Positions 41,023-55,665 of a DNA stretch of 64,000 bases are shown here, one piece after another. The stretch comes from Dimorphilus gyrociliatus. Its lineage: Eukaryota > Animalia > Annelida. The stretch lies in the NCBI GenBank assembly GCA_904063045.1, contig CAJFCJ010000011.1, positions 868,001-932,000 on the forward strand. The letters run 5' to 3'. Within the stretch, counting starts at the first letter, position 1. The number at the start of each line of letters is the position of its first letter. The notes below the pieces were generated by a model, which was not told the origin of the DNA, ran no database searches, and saw nothing but the letters and a program-made list of their open reading frames with translations. The position numbers were made by a program, and so were the translations under genes.

Positions 41023-44000
41023 ATGGAGACTGTTGAACAACATACTGGTAACGGTACAATTGAGTAAGTACCATTAACTTTTAAGTCTAGCTGATTAAAT
41101 TTTATGAAATTTTTGTTTAAAAATCTAATAATTCCGTGAGATATATAAGATAAAGATTTTTTTTTGTATTCAGTACATAAGTACACTTGTCCTAAAAGTA
41201 TGACGCGTTCTTTTAAAAAAAACAGATCCATTGAAAATCACCAAAACGCTTCTGTGATAGAGAAAGAAGAAATTATTCAAGCCCTAAATGGTCAGTATTG
41301 AAATTTTTCGAAAAGGATTCTTTATGTAGATTGATAGGGCTAAACATTGATATGAAACATGCCTTATATAGAGGAGAGAATTCTATTTATTGAATTATCG
41401 ATCTCCTGTTGTTACCATGTGCTAGGATAAATTTCTTTCATTAGATATAAAGAAATTTCATATTTATGACTTCTAAGATAGAATTTCTTGAATATATATT
41501 ATTTTCTAGTTTAAGTTGTTAAAATTACAACCAGCGGAGTTCGGTCTATTTCACAGGTGTAATAATAGTATAGTATATGAGATAAAAGATTGTAGACATG
41601 ATACATTTGTAGGAAACATCTGTTCATTCTTCTATTATTGACACAAAAATAATTTATAAGGAAATAGGAAGACTTAGCTTACGATACTACTATCGAATAT
41701 TGAGTAAATGGTTCTTTTTATTGAGGGTAATACAAATATATCAGGACTTACTGAACCTCGACCCCAGTAAATTTTTATCTAAATAGTTTCTAGGACTAAA
41801 ATAAGTCTAGTTAACAATTAAAAATTCGGTCAAATGACACCTCTATTCTGTAATTTGCATATCTAGTATATTTGTTACGACAACACTAATTTGTTAATTA
41901 TATGATTAACACGAGAAAACACGATAAGTTTTTAAAGATCATTTTTTCGGTATTAGCTAATTTTAGCATTTATTTTTAGGTCCGGATCAAATTTTAGCGG
42001 CTGACAAGACAGTTTCGGTTAAACGAGATGGGGCTGTTAAATTACGAATATCAGATAATGGCCCATCATCAAGGAAGCCTTATTCTCTCGTCACGTTGCT
42101 CAATTCAGCCGTTCAAAGAATGCCTAATCACAATGCTCTTGCTTATAAGCAAGATCAAAAATGGAATTATATTACTTATCGTCAATATTTGGACGAAGTG
42201 CGAACAGTTGCAAAAGCATTTATTAAACTTGGATTAGAGGAATTTAACGGTGTTGGAATTATAGGATTTAATAGTCCAGAGTGGTTTATTTCGGATTTAG
42301 CTGCAATATATGCAGGAGGCTTAGCAGTAGGAGTTTATACAACCAACTCTCCTGAAGCTTGCCAATACGTTTGCCATCATGCTCAATGTAATATTATAGT
42401 TGTTGAAAATGATCAACAGCTTCAGAAAATTCTGAAGGTCAGAAACGAGTTACCTTATTTGAAAGCCATTATTCAATACAGAGGTAAACCTACAGCTAGC
42501 GACGTCTACAGTGTAAGTGTTCGCGAAAGTTACATAACCTCTATTTGAGTGTCCAATTTTTTGCAGTGGGACCAATTGAAAGAAATTGGAAGAGTTGAAG
42601 ATGAATTAGAGTTAAACGAACGTATAAAACGCATTGCTGTTAATCGTTGTTCAACACTGATATATACTTCAGGAACAACTGGTTCACCCAAAGGAGTTAT
42701 GTTGAGCCATGACAATGTAAGTCCTACATTCTTTTATAGTACAGGTTAGACAGAAGTAAACTAAACAGACAAAGTCATCACTTTCTGTTTGAAATATTAC
42801 TGATATAATGATAAAATTTTAACAAAAAAGATAAAGGAATACTATCAAAGATATATAACATAAGATAAAATTATTAAGAAGTCTAAAGTGTTAGCTTTTA
42901 TCGATAAAGGTAAAATAATGGATGTAGATGGGGTTTTTATAATTTGAGGAGGATCATTAAATTAATTAATATTTATCTTTCTTAAAGTGTACATGGACAG
43001 CCGAAATGTTGAAAATGGAATCGCGACTATCATGCGGAACTGAACATTTGATTAGCTATTTACCCTTAAGTCACATCGCTGCTCAGGTGGTTGATATTTA
43101 TATGCCTTTGATATTGAACGCAACTGTCTACTTTGCTCAACCAGATGCTCTAAAGGTTGGAAATTTATTTTGCAAAAAATATTTAATATTTAATAGATGT
43201 AATTTTGTTCAATTAGGGCTCTTTGGTCGTGACTCTAAGAGAAGTCAGGCCTACCGCATTTTTAGGAGTTCCTAGGGTTTGGGAAAAAATTCAAGAAAAA
43301 ATGATTGAAGTTGGCAAAGGCATAACAGGACTAAAAAGAAAATTAGCTGACTGGGCAAAGGACGTTGGATATCGCGGAAGCATAGCGAAAATGAATGGGT
43401 AATAGTATTAAAAGCTTATAGTAATTTCTTCCGGCTTCTTTAATTATTTATCTCGTTCAGCGCCATTAAACCTGGCTCTAAAATGAAACGGTAGGTTTGC
43501 ACTTAGAGACCGTTGTTACAAGTTTCTTTCTTTAGAGAATTAATTAAATAGTCTTAGTCTGGAAATGAAGAGAGCATGCATTTAGTTTTCTTAGTTTTTT
43601 TTTAAATAGAGCTCCCTTCATGTAAGTAGCAAGATATCAGAACCTTTTGAAGTTCGAATTACTCATGCGATGGCTCCAGCATGTCTTTTTCTTATCCTCC
43701 CGATTGTATTGAAATAATGTGTCTAATTTATTCGAAAATAACATTTTAAAATAGAGAAAGAGCTTAATAGGAAACTTTAGGGTTTAACTAAATTAGTTAG
43801 ACAATATTGTCAGTTTTTACTCTTTATTTATGAATAAACGTTAATGTCATAAATAGTCAAGCAATGGCGTAGAGGTAAGTAGGCACTTTTCTGCCTTATG
43901 GAAAAATGTATTTGAAATTAGCGATTGTTTTTTTGTCTTTGTTCTATTATTTCCGTCGCTTAGTAGTAGGTTTATGTATTAAAATTGAAGATCCTGTAGA

Positions 44001-45511
44001 TTAAGTTGCGCATACCGCAAGAAATGTGAAACATCTTTGAATAGGCATGAAAATGTATCCAGCCAACGGAAGTAGATTGTAATTCTTTTAAAATAGAATC
44101 TTTTACATTTTTCCTCTATTTAAAAAATTGATTCAAAGAAATCGATTAATTTTGCGAGGCTATTGTTTATTTCAATTTCCGGTAATTGATGTGTAGATAT
44201 CAGCTGGTTATTGGTTATAATGCTCCTAAATAGAATCAGATAAAGATTTAAACTTGATTTGTGTCCAGAAAATTGAATTTCAATACTACTCTTATCAATT
44301 TTATTCCCTTTCTTATTTCTTATATTATTTTAAACAATTACGTTTGCATGAACAAGCGAAGGCAATGTTTAGTTCAGAAGCTTGAAATTTTGTTTTTATT
44401 ATTTTAATTTATGATTATGAAACAAAATTTTTGCAATTAATATTGATAGCGAGTTAAAAATTTTAAATTAAACAGATCTTCTTATCCGTATGGTTGGAGT
44501 ATTGCTAACTTTCTCGTCTTCAAAAACATTAAAAAGAATCTTGGCTTAGATCGTTGCCAGTTTTGCTTAACAGCTGCTGCTCCTATCACTATGGATACTC
44601 TTGATTTTTTCTATAAACTGGATCTTCCAATCTTTGAAGTTTATGGTATGAGTGAATGTACAGGACCTCATACAGTTTCAATGCCATGGCGGTTTAAAAA
44701 AGGTAGTGTAGGCTCTAACTTAGTTGGAGTGGATACGAATATTGAAAAGACTGAAGGAGGTCCTGATAGTGAATCAGGAGAGATCTGTATGAAAGGAAGA
44801 CATGTTATGATGGGCTATCTTAACGCAGAAGAAAAAACTTCTGAAGCAATTGATAGTAACGATTGGTTGCATACTGGTAGGTTTTTTTCAAGTACAAATA
44901 TTCTCATTAATGTTTGAAAATTTGTCATTAAATAGGTGATATTGGTAGATTCGACAAGAACAATTTTCTCTATATTACCGGTCGATCGAAGGAACTAATT
45001 ATTACTGCTGGAGGAGAAAATGTTGCTCCTGTTCCAATCGAAGATTCCGTTAAGGAAGTGTTACCCGTCGTCTCAAATTGTATGTTAATTGGTGACAAGA
45101 GAAAATTTTTGTCCATGTTGATCACTTTAAAAACTGACGTTGATTCGGAGGGTACTCCTCAAGAAACTTTGTCATCTCCCAGTTTGGACTGGTGTAAATC
45201 AGTTGGATCAAGTGCAAAGACAGTGAGGGATGTAACTCAAAATCAGGACGAGCATGTTCTTAAGGGAATACAAATTGGAATTGACAAAGTAAATGCCAAA
45301 AGCGTATCAAGAGCCCAGAAGATTCAAAAATGGACAGTTTTGCCAAGGGACTTTTCAGTTCCCGGCGGAGAGCTTGGTTTGTATATTGTAACATAAATTA
45401 AAAATTAATCTCATATAAAACTTTCTTTTAATAGGACCAACACTAAAGCTAAGACGTCCTATTGTAAATAAAATGTATGCTAAAACCATTGATACATTTT
45501 ATCAAGATTAA
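41023..45511 (+). CDS. ACSBG2: Long-chain fatty acyl-CoA synthetase, bubblegum family
   Basis: DGAVKLRI; GFNSPEWFISDLAAIYAGG; AMP-binding IYTSGTTGSPKGVMLSHDN; SYLPLSHIAAQ; YGMSECTGPH; WLHTGD; RSKELIITAGGENVAP; C-terminal GELGPTLKLRRP..FYQD*. The two short 5' exons are tentative. Confidence 0.92.
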
Positions 45512-46287
45512 TATTACATTGTCTACTAATTGAGATAAGGCACAAGGTTCTGTGATTCTCAACTCTACCGCCTTATTGAACACCCCTTATGTTAAATTGT
45601 TATGAATAAGTTTCTCTCCAACTAAAATCTCTCAGTAAAATAAAGCTAGTTATTGAGCACATCCTATCTGTTCTGTTCCTTTTGAATGTCAGAAATACAG
45701 TTTTATTGAAACTTAGCCATATTTTGAGTAAATAAAATTATATTCTCTTTTAATTGTTATTTGTAAAGAAATTGAACTGGTTACAATTTTGCCTTGTGAT
45801 ATATAAATGGTAAAATTACGTGGAGCTCGTAGCCACCACAAAAATATAGTATTCGATTTAATAATTTCTAACCCATTATAGGAATAGCTTTTCCAATTAC
45901 GCCTTTTAAATTTATGAATTATTTCATTTTATTCTTTAATCTATGGCTAAAGATACTTGTAAAATTTAATCTAAAAAGGAATACAAATTTTAGATTAAGA
46001 AATAAATATTGCAAAGTATTTCAGCAAACTTTAAAAATAAATTCAAAATGTTTCCTCTAAACTTCACTAAAGAATACAGCGAATATTTTTTAAAACTGTC
46101 TCTGATAAAAAATTTATTTTTAACTTATCCTTAATCAGTAACGATTATCTAGAGAGAAAAATTACAGTTTACACGCAGACTGTGTGCAAAATGACGAATC
46201 GATTAATAGTGTTCAATGCAAAAAGCAATTGTCCAAATCATGTGATTGCAAGTAATCAATTAAATAACAACGAGAATCTGTGACAAA

Positions 46288-48086
46288 ATGAGCGAAAGCT
46301 TCGAAGGGGTTCATCGAACTGTCTGCAATATAATATCATATGGCGTGGGTCATGTTCTTAATGATTTATGTGCTTCCATGTGGTTCACATACTTGCTGGC
46401 GTACTTACAAGGGGTTGTTGAATTTGATTCGTACTTAGCAGGATGTCTGCTACTCTTTGGTCAAATAGTTGACGCAATTTCAACACCTTTCGTTGGTATA
46501 GAAAGCGATGCCACCAGTGGATTTTTTAACTATGGGAAGAGAAAAAGCTGGCACTTACTTGGTAAAGTTTTTTTGGCTGTTTTATACAATGGCATACATA
46601 AATGCTATGAAGCTTTGGTGATTTAATCCAATATAATATTGTTTTTTAGGTTGCATTTGCGTTGCCCTGTCATATCCATTTATATTTTGTAACGTCTTCC
46701 AGTCTTACAACCCATCATCAACTGCAAAATTTATATTTTATGCACCTCTGGTGGCTATATTTCAATTTGGCTGGGCCAGTTGTCAAATTTCTCATCTTTC
46801 TATGATTCCACTTTTGACAAATAAGGATTCATTCAGAGATGAATTAAATGCTTGCAGATATATATTTACAGTATTATCTAATATAACTGTATATTGTCTT
46901 ATTTGGATCCTGTTGGGTAATGATAAAGAATCTGCTTTAACACCATCGGATCAAAAAGTTTTCACAGTAAGCTTAAAGAATCTATGAAAATTTTTCTCAG
47001 GCTCTTTTATTTTTTCAGTACTTGGTGCTGATAATAGTAGGTATAGGTATCTGTTGTGTTATATTCTATCATGTTGGTTGTAAAGAGCCGTCTGTCAACC
47101 GACGTATGAGTAAATTAGTCTCAGAAAGTCAGATTCAAACCTCAACAGATGTGAAAAACCTTAAAGTCACCCCTTTGATGTGGCTGAAGCAAAGAAAATT
47201 TTATCAGATTTCAGTTATTTATATGTGTACAAGATTGATTATTAATATATCTCAAACATATTTAACCATGTATTTACCGAATTCAGTTGATTTACAAAAA
47301 GTAAGCCATAAAATAACTATGTAGAAATGTACTTTAATTGAATATTTTACTTTCAGAAATATATTGCCATAATTCCTCTCGTAGTTTTTGTCTCGAGTTT
47401 GGTAAATTCGTTTCTTGTCAAATACATAGATAAAGCTATAGGAAGGAAGCTCACTTTTCTTACTGGCTTACTTTTAATTGCTGGTTCCAGCACATGGTTC
47501 ATGTTTATCTGCAAAGAGATTGGCTGTAATAAGCAGGTTTTCGGAGCAGCAGTTTTACTTGGTGCCGGTGGTTCAACTCTTTTAATAGAATCATTGTCAC
47601 TTACTGCAGATCTAATAGGGTGCCATACCGTACGTATTATAGACATTGAAAAGAGTTCTTTTAAATTATCTGCATACTTTTGATTAGGAGAGTGGGGCGT
47701 TTGTTTATGGATCCATGAGTTTTACAGACAAATTGTCAAATGGTGTGGCCGTTATGATTATCCAGCTATACAATCCCTGCGGGTAATTGATGAAATGTTG
47801 TAGAGAAATATACTTAAAACTTTATTTACTTTTTCCAGTAAATTGCATAAATGTGATGCTGGAGCAGCTTACTTTAGAGACATTATGGTTTTTGTGCCGG
47901 CTGGTTCGGCAGCACTTGCTCTATTATTTCTATTGTCTTTGTGCGGAGATGACGTTGGAAATTTGACTGTAAAGAAAAGGAAAAAAGCAACTGAAGAAGG
48001 TGAGTATCTATTACAAGTATCTATGAATTATTCAACTTGACTTAAAAATTACAGATGCTTTACTTGGAAATGAAACAATTAGCTGA
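46288..48086 (+). CDS. MFSD12: Major facilitator superfamily transporter MFSD12
   Basis: [82 protein letters not shown]. Confidence 0.92.
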
Positions 48087-49778
48087 ACAATTCATTTTAT
48101 AAGAAATATTTATAAAAATGCTTCAGGTGCACAATTTTGATATACTTTTTCTAAGTCAATTACTTTATCTAATTTGTTAGATAAATATATTGAAATATAA
48201 TTATCTAATCACTGTCGCGTGTGCAAATTTTTGTTTGAACAAGCTAAGGTTCATACTTAATTTTTAAAGCATAATTTTACAATTATCATATGTCTGTAAT
48301 CCATTGTATGTATCAGTTGAACCACTTGAGCTACTTACAATTACTATTCCTCCAGTCTGATTGTATTCAAATAAACTGTGATTTAATTTCTGATTAGAAA
48401 AAATAACTTACATTAAGTTATTTGAGACTGTCTTTTGTATATACTAAAAGATAGCAATCTTATTTTTAAAAATAATTAGTTCATATTGTCAACTCAAGAA
48501 TTGACTGAGCAAATTGTCTTAGATTATGTTTATCAAGATTAACAGAAGTGAAGATCTCTGTGTTCAAAATCTAATTTTTTTTGCAATAAATAAAAGACGT
48601 TCCACCAAGCGATATTCAATCTCTCAATAAAAAAATTGTTAAGCTTCTTTAGAAAAACTACTTGAAAATTTTTTGGTATGATTTTGTGCTTATAGCTGTT
48701 ATTTATTACCTTCAAGTGTGTATCTGTTTAAGCGGAGTATCAGGGTTGAAACTTGATCATTTATTTAAAGTAATTTTCCCTTTTGCTTCGTCAAAAGTAG
48801 ATAATGTGAATAGCGAATAATACTGCTTGAAACATGAGATAACTTATCTGAATTTCACTTTTGTTCTTTTCTATGGCAGTTCTGAGATAAAAAGTGATAC
48901 ACTTTGCTTTCTAAACGCAAAAAAGTTGATACAGTATACTTTTTTCATAAAGTAAAGGCTGTTTTGAATAGGATATCGAAAAATTAGCATTGACATTTTG
49001 GATAGATCTGGATAGGCCTAAGCGAAAAATGAATTATTGGATTACAAAACATGAATAATAATCCGATTAGGAGCCTTGAAGTAGTCGATTCTTTTGAGTA
49101 GTTGTAAATTCATTAGAGTTTTTTTTTATTTTTCATTTAGCATATTTTGTAAGAGCAACATAAAAGAGGAAAGTTTAAAAAATTGAACTCGCTAGTTTTA
49201 GATCATATCCTTTTTATTTAATAAAATCATAAGACTAATTTACAATGAACGATTTTAAATATGTATATAAATAATATTAACTTTATTTGCTTAGCAATAA
49301 AATTTCCTTACCAAATAAATATCTTCCAAGACTTCACCAATATTCGATTATAGCATTTTTTTTTATTGTAAATCAATTAGAGAAATGTAAAATCATTATG
49401 AAGATAGAAATATCTATTGATTGTAGATTATAGTTGACTTACTTTCCGCAAAGAACCTTCACAATCGTGAGTATCGATAAACATGCAAGACTTGTACTTC
49501 TTTTTCTTTAGAATGGATTTCTAGTAAAGTAAATTTTTCAGCTATATCAGAAATCTATGAAAGACTTTTTTGGAAATAGTTTATCTTATCGTATCTCTTC
49601 AACTTAAGGAAGGAGTACTATAAAACATATTTGAAGTTTTCAAGTAGGCAATCAATAAAAGTCTTCAAACTAGATTGTAGCATTCACGTTTGGATTTTGG
49701 AATTTTTATTAAATAAAAGTATTGGCCATGGTTTCCTTATTCATAATTATTATGTAAATAGATATACTGCTTTTTTTC

Positions 49779-52700
49779 TTATCTTGTTTTTATGTTTTCA
49801 TTGTCATCCTCACTATCTGATGGTTCTTGTACTTCAGAGTTTCCTTCATCATCCTCTCCGTTTTCCATTAACTTCTGCATGAGCATTTCTTCGACTGTGA
49901 TGACGAAATAAATGTCTATGCAAAGAGTATTTCAATTTTTGGTATAACTACAAACCTAAATTTCTCTCTTTCGGCTGAACAATGTATTGAGTAAGAATAT
50001 GAGCTTTACAAGCATCACATTGCTTAGTAGATAAGTCTTGAAGTTCTTTAGGATTACTCCATTCACCAAGGAACGAGAGCTTATGGCACTTTGGACATTC
50101 TGTATACCTCTCGTATCGACATCCTGTAAGAATTTTAATATAATTCTATGAAAAACTTTCAATCATGCATTAATTGTTTATGCCTATGTTAGGCTTAAAT
50201 GAGATTGTAATTACCAGCTAAGATACAAAAGACACTATATTTTTGAGTATAGAATATACCTTTATAGTTGGATAGCGCTCCCTCTGCATCGTATAATATA
50301 GGTAGAAGAACATTCCAAATATCCTCTGTTGTCTCGTCCAACTCCGAATTTATATCATGAACGACTTCAAAGCGCATACAGCTGCTTCCATCTTCGTGTT
50401 TCATATTCTTCATGTACAGTTTTACTGGTTTTTCTAAACTCTTACAATATAAACCTCCTCGCCATATATGAATTGGAACCAAGCTATGTTTTGTATCATT
50501 CGCGCTCACGACAAAGTTTTCGAAAATACCAGGTGGCGTATAGTTTGAAAAGCGGAATACTATAGCAACAGAAGGATTTCCTTTAGTGGATTCGTAATCC
50601 TTCTTAAATTCGGGTGGTGTTTGACTTTCTTCTATTAGCCAAGGTATACAAAATCTTGTTATTTTATGGAGGGTGTCAATTTTCTCCCAGTCATCTCCTT
50701 CGCCAATAGTTCTTTGAGATCTGGTTGATTTGGAAGAGGTTGCCGAAGTTGGACGTTGCCGCTTTGAAGCCGAACTTCGACCAGTTTTACCCCCTTCTGA
50801 CGATTCTGTTTCTTTCTTCGTAGCTGAAAGAAGCTCTTGTCGATCTGTCGGCTTTTGAACCGGGAAACCAATATGAAAATACTCGAGGAGTATAAATAAT
50901 ACTCGAAACATTGGCCTATTTATTTCTGTAGGAACAGAATTTGCCCATAGGGCTCTCAGTAGGTCTCTTGTTATTGTCCCTTTTCTTAATCTGTCTTGCT
51001 TTATTTTTAAGAATCTTGTTTCGGCAATTCCCACCTAAAAATTTCAGTATACAGTATTAAAGAAAGACGAAGTTTTTGTTCAAAAATTTTCCCAACCTGT
51101 TTGAAAACTTCATCAGAATGAAAGTCAACCTTTTCAAAGTCATGTTTAAATAAGGCATTCAAGACTTCACATAACCAAGATGGTCTTAATATTATCCACT
51201 TACTAAGAAAAGGGTGCTCCGAGTACCAAATTACTTTTCCTATGTCGTGTAGATATCGAGTAATGTCAATAATTAAGTGTTGCATACCAAACTTGTTTAT
51301 AATCTCTGCTTTATAATCATCGAATCTTACTAGAGGAAGTTGCATGTCATCGCCTTTTTCCTCAATATAATATTCGACGTCGACCCATAAAGTAGGTATT
51401 GTTTTTGTAACTAAAGGGTAACATTCTTTATTTGATGCTTTCTTAATTATTGCTCTTTGTAAGTCTTCCATTCCAAACAAATTTGCTGAACTGAAGGCTA
51501 CAGCAGTATCGGTGGAATAAGGAAATTCTAACAGTTCAATGTATTTTTGTAGCTGGGCTCGAAGAGCTTGGGGAATATACCTTCTATCTTCTATTCTTCT
51601 AACGTCTCTCTCTATGCTCACTAAGTGATCCATTGCATATTTTCTAAGTCTTTCGCTTACTTTTTGACAAATTTCTTTTGATCTAGATCTGTCTATCTGA
51701 TCACAATGAGTTCCAACCGCCAAAATATGGAGTTTATTTATGCGGCATATTACCCAATCCAGCCATGGAGTCATCTCTTTTTGGAAGTATTCTTCATTAT
51801 ACTTTTTTATATTGAACGTTAACATAATTAGGGAAGGTTCATGCAGGAAGTAATTGTGAGTATAAAGATAATGCGTATTTCCTGAAAAATCCCATAACGC
51901 AACCGGTAAGCATTTTGCCATTGGATCGGTATCTTTCGGATCATGAGGAATAGAGAAATTATGAGTTGTCACACCTACAGTGCTCTCTCCTTTTTCTGTT
52001 AGTCGTGATGTTTGATCGATCATAGATTGAATAAGACTAGTTTTTCCACTATTTTTGGGTCCAATAAGGAGAATTTTTAAACCTCGAAAGACTGTCATTT
52101 CACTCCGTCGCTCAGTAAAGAATTGAACTAAACCCTATAATTTAAATGTTCGTTAAACTTAAGGAAAATAAAGTTAGTTTGTACAAACTTTGACGCCATC
52201 GTCTGCAATTTCGGGAGGGGGATTTGACATAGGATTATTTTTGATATTTAATTGTTGTCCCGACTGCAAATCAAGTCTCTTTAAAGCTGTTTGAGGAACA
52301 ACTCTAATTTGATTTGCACTTAGATCTATCACTCTAACAATCTGCAGTAAAAATTCGGGAAATTGTTTTAGCTCATTTGCTGATAAATCGACGTTTTCAA
52401 TCAATCTTTTCGGCTTTCCTCTGACAGTTAACTGTGGCATTTTGGATATTTTATTGTGACTTAAATTGAGCAACTCCAGTTGCGGAAGAAGAAATAATTC
52501 AGAAGGAATATGCGCTAATTTATTATTAGATATATCAATAATCTTGGTATGTTTTAAATTTTTTACATCAGAGTCAATATTCCTGATACTATTCGTTGCC
52601 AAATGCAAATATTCTAGTCTTTTTAGACCGTAAATGTCTTTTGGAATACTATCAATCTTATTGAATATACAAAAGTGAACATAATTCATTAATTTATAAA

Positions 52701-53297
52701 TAATAAATTTTTGTGACTTACTTGATTATGCTCTAATACTAATTGGACAAGTCTTCTAAGTTTCTCTATACCGTTAATAGTTTTTAATTGATTGTGGCCT
52801 ACTTTCAATCTCGAAATCTTTTTCAATTTTAATAGCACCTTTGGCAGTTGGGTTAAACGATTATGGCTGACATCAAAATCTATAAGATCATCTAGCTCCC
52901 TTAATTTTTCAGGTATTCCTTCATCTTCCAAGAGATTATAGCTCATATCAAGTCTTTCCAAATAGTAGAGAGTACTTATCATCTCGTCAGGCACACTTCT
53001 TAATGCTAAACAACTTATATCCAATTTCCTTAGCGTAGATGACATGTTTCGGACTCCTGACACAGTCGACCGATTCAAATCAATCAACCTAGCTGTTGTG
53101 GGACGCTCTAAACGAATAGGAAATCGCTGAGGAACGAGATGCCGACAATTTTCGTATCCAATTTGAGCGATGGGAATGATATGTTCTGAAGTTGATTTAC
53201 CATACCTTGAAAAACCTCTGGGTGTCCTTTTACGCCTAATTGTAGGTGGAGTTCCCGAGCTAGTTCCAGCCAGCTTCGGTGACGCCGTTCTGGACAT
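49779..53297 (-). CDS. Roco protein (LRR-ROC-COR, no kinase), MFHAS1/MASL1-like, with C-terminal CxxC...CxxC and acidic tail
   Basis: LRRs (LERLDMSYNLL, LELLNLSHNKI, NNPMSNPPPEI); ROC GPKNSGKT, STVGV, WDFSG, GTHCD; COR IPTLW..YLHDIGKVIWY..RPSWL; CPKCHK..CDACK. The 5' end and last exon are tentative. Confidence 0.85.
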
Positions 53298-55308
53298 TAT
53301 TTCGGCTTTTGACGGTTGTGAAGCTGATTTTGTATTCCTAATAACAAATATCGAGAGATCACTAGGCGAATCGATTCTTTTCAATAATCTATTGATTGGT
53401 ATATTATCTACTATTCATGTTTTTCTCATGAGTTTACGCGACACAATGAACTCCTGGCGTTATTGTTTATACAAATACTCCTAACATAAAGAGAGAGCGT
53501 AATTAAAAATTTCATAATTTAGATGATAGCAGGAGTGAAATTATTGCAAATATAAGAACGCTATATGAATGAATAGTACAAGTAGCAATCTACTTATAAA
53601 ACAGCTTACACAAATAAAATTTATTATACATATAGATATTTTATATATCCCACTTCTCGAATATTGGAATCTATGCGATTAGTGTTAGTTTACTCGAAAT
53701 CTACTTGAATAGATTTGAACGTGTTAAAAAACAAGTACCCTGACTGAAAATTTGCTTAAATTATATACAAATACAAGGCAATTAAAAAATATATGTTGAG
53801 GGGACGGATCGTAATATAAGTAATAGTCTGGTGAGATTTTTCATAGTAACTTTCAGAGATCCGATTAAGATTTCTGCCTAATTAAAACCCTATTTATTAA
53901 AATTCTTAAAAGCGAAAAAACTAACTCTAATGGACCGTTTTTCCTTTTTTACGCCCCTTTTGACTGGACTTTATTGAATATAGCACGTTTTGTGTAATGA
54001 GGAGTTATTGGTTTTTCCTTGAAAAGCAATTTTTATTGATGTATCGAAAGAGAAAGAATACTTATTTAGTTTTCCAAAACTTGAAGCACATTTTAAGCTA
54101 TTAGTTTTGGCTTTAAACTGGGTCGAACGTGAGTTTTACAGTGTACTTTTCTCACCTTGTAGATATCTATTCCCTAAGCATCAAACAAATATTTTTTTTT
54201 AATAAATAGGCTCAATTAGCCTTATCAAAAATCTTTTATCAAATAGCAAAGAGAAGTAATTAAAAAAGTGGTTAACAGTCTTTAATGGTATTTTTAATTA
54301 CAGTAGCAGTATTCCTTGAATGACAGTTTGTCATTTTTCGATAGATTTATTATTTATTAACATAGTCTTTTCTCTAATTAAGTTACATTTTATAGCTTTT
54401 TATTCCCTTCTAATTGAATGTAATTAATATACTTTATGTTAGAGATTAAAGTTTCACTTCCATTGTATTTTCCTTTCAATCTGTTTTTATGTTTATTTTC
54501 TTATTTACTACATATTTACAATTATATAAATTATTATATATTGATCTATTTGTATGACTGTCAAATTATCAAGATTTCAAAAGAAAGGAATAAGAAAACA
54601 ATTTCATATATATTACTAAGAAAAGTCCAAGTTTACTGAGAAAGGCTGTATTTTTGATAGTCTTTCATTTGTCTTATATAATATCAATGATAAAAATAAT
54701 ACTAACATATTAGATATCCTTCAAACTTATCAGCAAAAGAATATAAGAATAAAATCGCTATACTTCTTCTCTCTATGTTATCTTGCTTTTTTTTAGGAAA
54801 GAAAAAGTAGAATCGAATCCATTAATCCCTTGGAGAAGAATTTTTAGATCGATTTTAGTTTAAATTGCTTTCGAAGGTATTCAATTTCTTACCTGAAGAT
54901 CCAGTAATAAAGTTTGAACAAATAGCAGTCTGTAGATTTGTCTGTCGACTTATGGATATTTTCGGTAATAGGCCTGTTATCACTTAAACCTTCCTTTTAT
55001 TGACTTATACGTAACGTCTATCGATCAATTCTTTTGTATTTGTTGATAATCGCAAAGTTGTTAAAAAGAAGTAATTATACGGAGAGAGCTGTGCTAAGTG
55101 TTTAACGAGAAAGTTTGTTGGCAAAAATCGAAAGAAATTCTACTTTAGTATAAAAATATAATAGAAACGCGACCGATTATGGTCTCGGTTTACGTCTCTT
55201 TTTTCACTTAATCGATATAACATCGATAAAAAATCTGTTCTGGGCTCTTTTTAAATGTGATCGATTTTATTAGCTTTCTGATTAAAGTTAGGCCTTATAA
55301 AATCTTAG

Positions 55309-55323
55309 TGTCGCCATCTAGAG
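55309..55323 (-). promoter_or_regulatory. CTCF-like motif between the Roco and lectin genes
   Basis: TGTCGCCATCTAGAG (reverse complement CTCTAGATGGCGACA). Confidence 0.45.
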
Positions 55324-55665
55324 TTTCTGATCAACATTCATTTGCAGATTATGTATTCAATATTGATAACGAATATTACGTAATGTGATAAAACAAACAA
55401 TTAGAACAATGCAAACTATCTTTATTATAGGTTTCCTTGTACATTTGACAAGAGCCATCGTAGTTAAACATAAAAGCGATGCATTGTTGAAAAGATATAC
55501 AGTAGCTTGCACAGTGTAATTTTGAAATGACTGCAAATTCCCTTAACAAAAATCCCCCTATTTGTTCACGACTTCTAATTGTCAGCTTGTACCTTTGATT
55601 GGAGGCTATAAGATAAAATATTTAATGAATGGTTTTACTTTTAATTCAGATACTTTATTATAAAA

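Noticed and set aside
48087-49778. Possible degenerate ORF between MFSD12 and the Roco gene (including 49631-49882 +)
   Set aside because: The frames are interrupted by stops; 49631-49882 is largely the antisense shadow of the Roco last exon.
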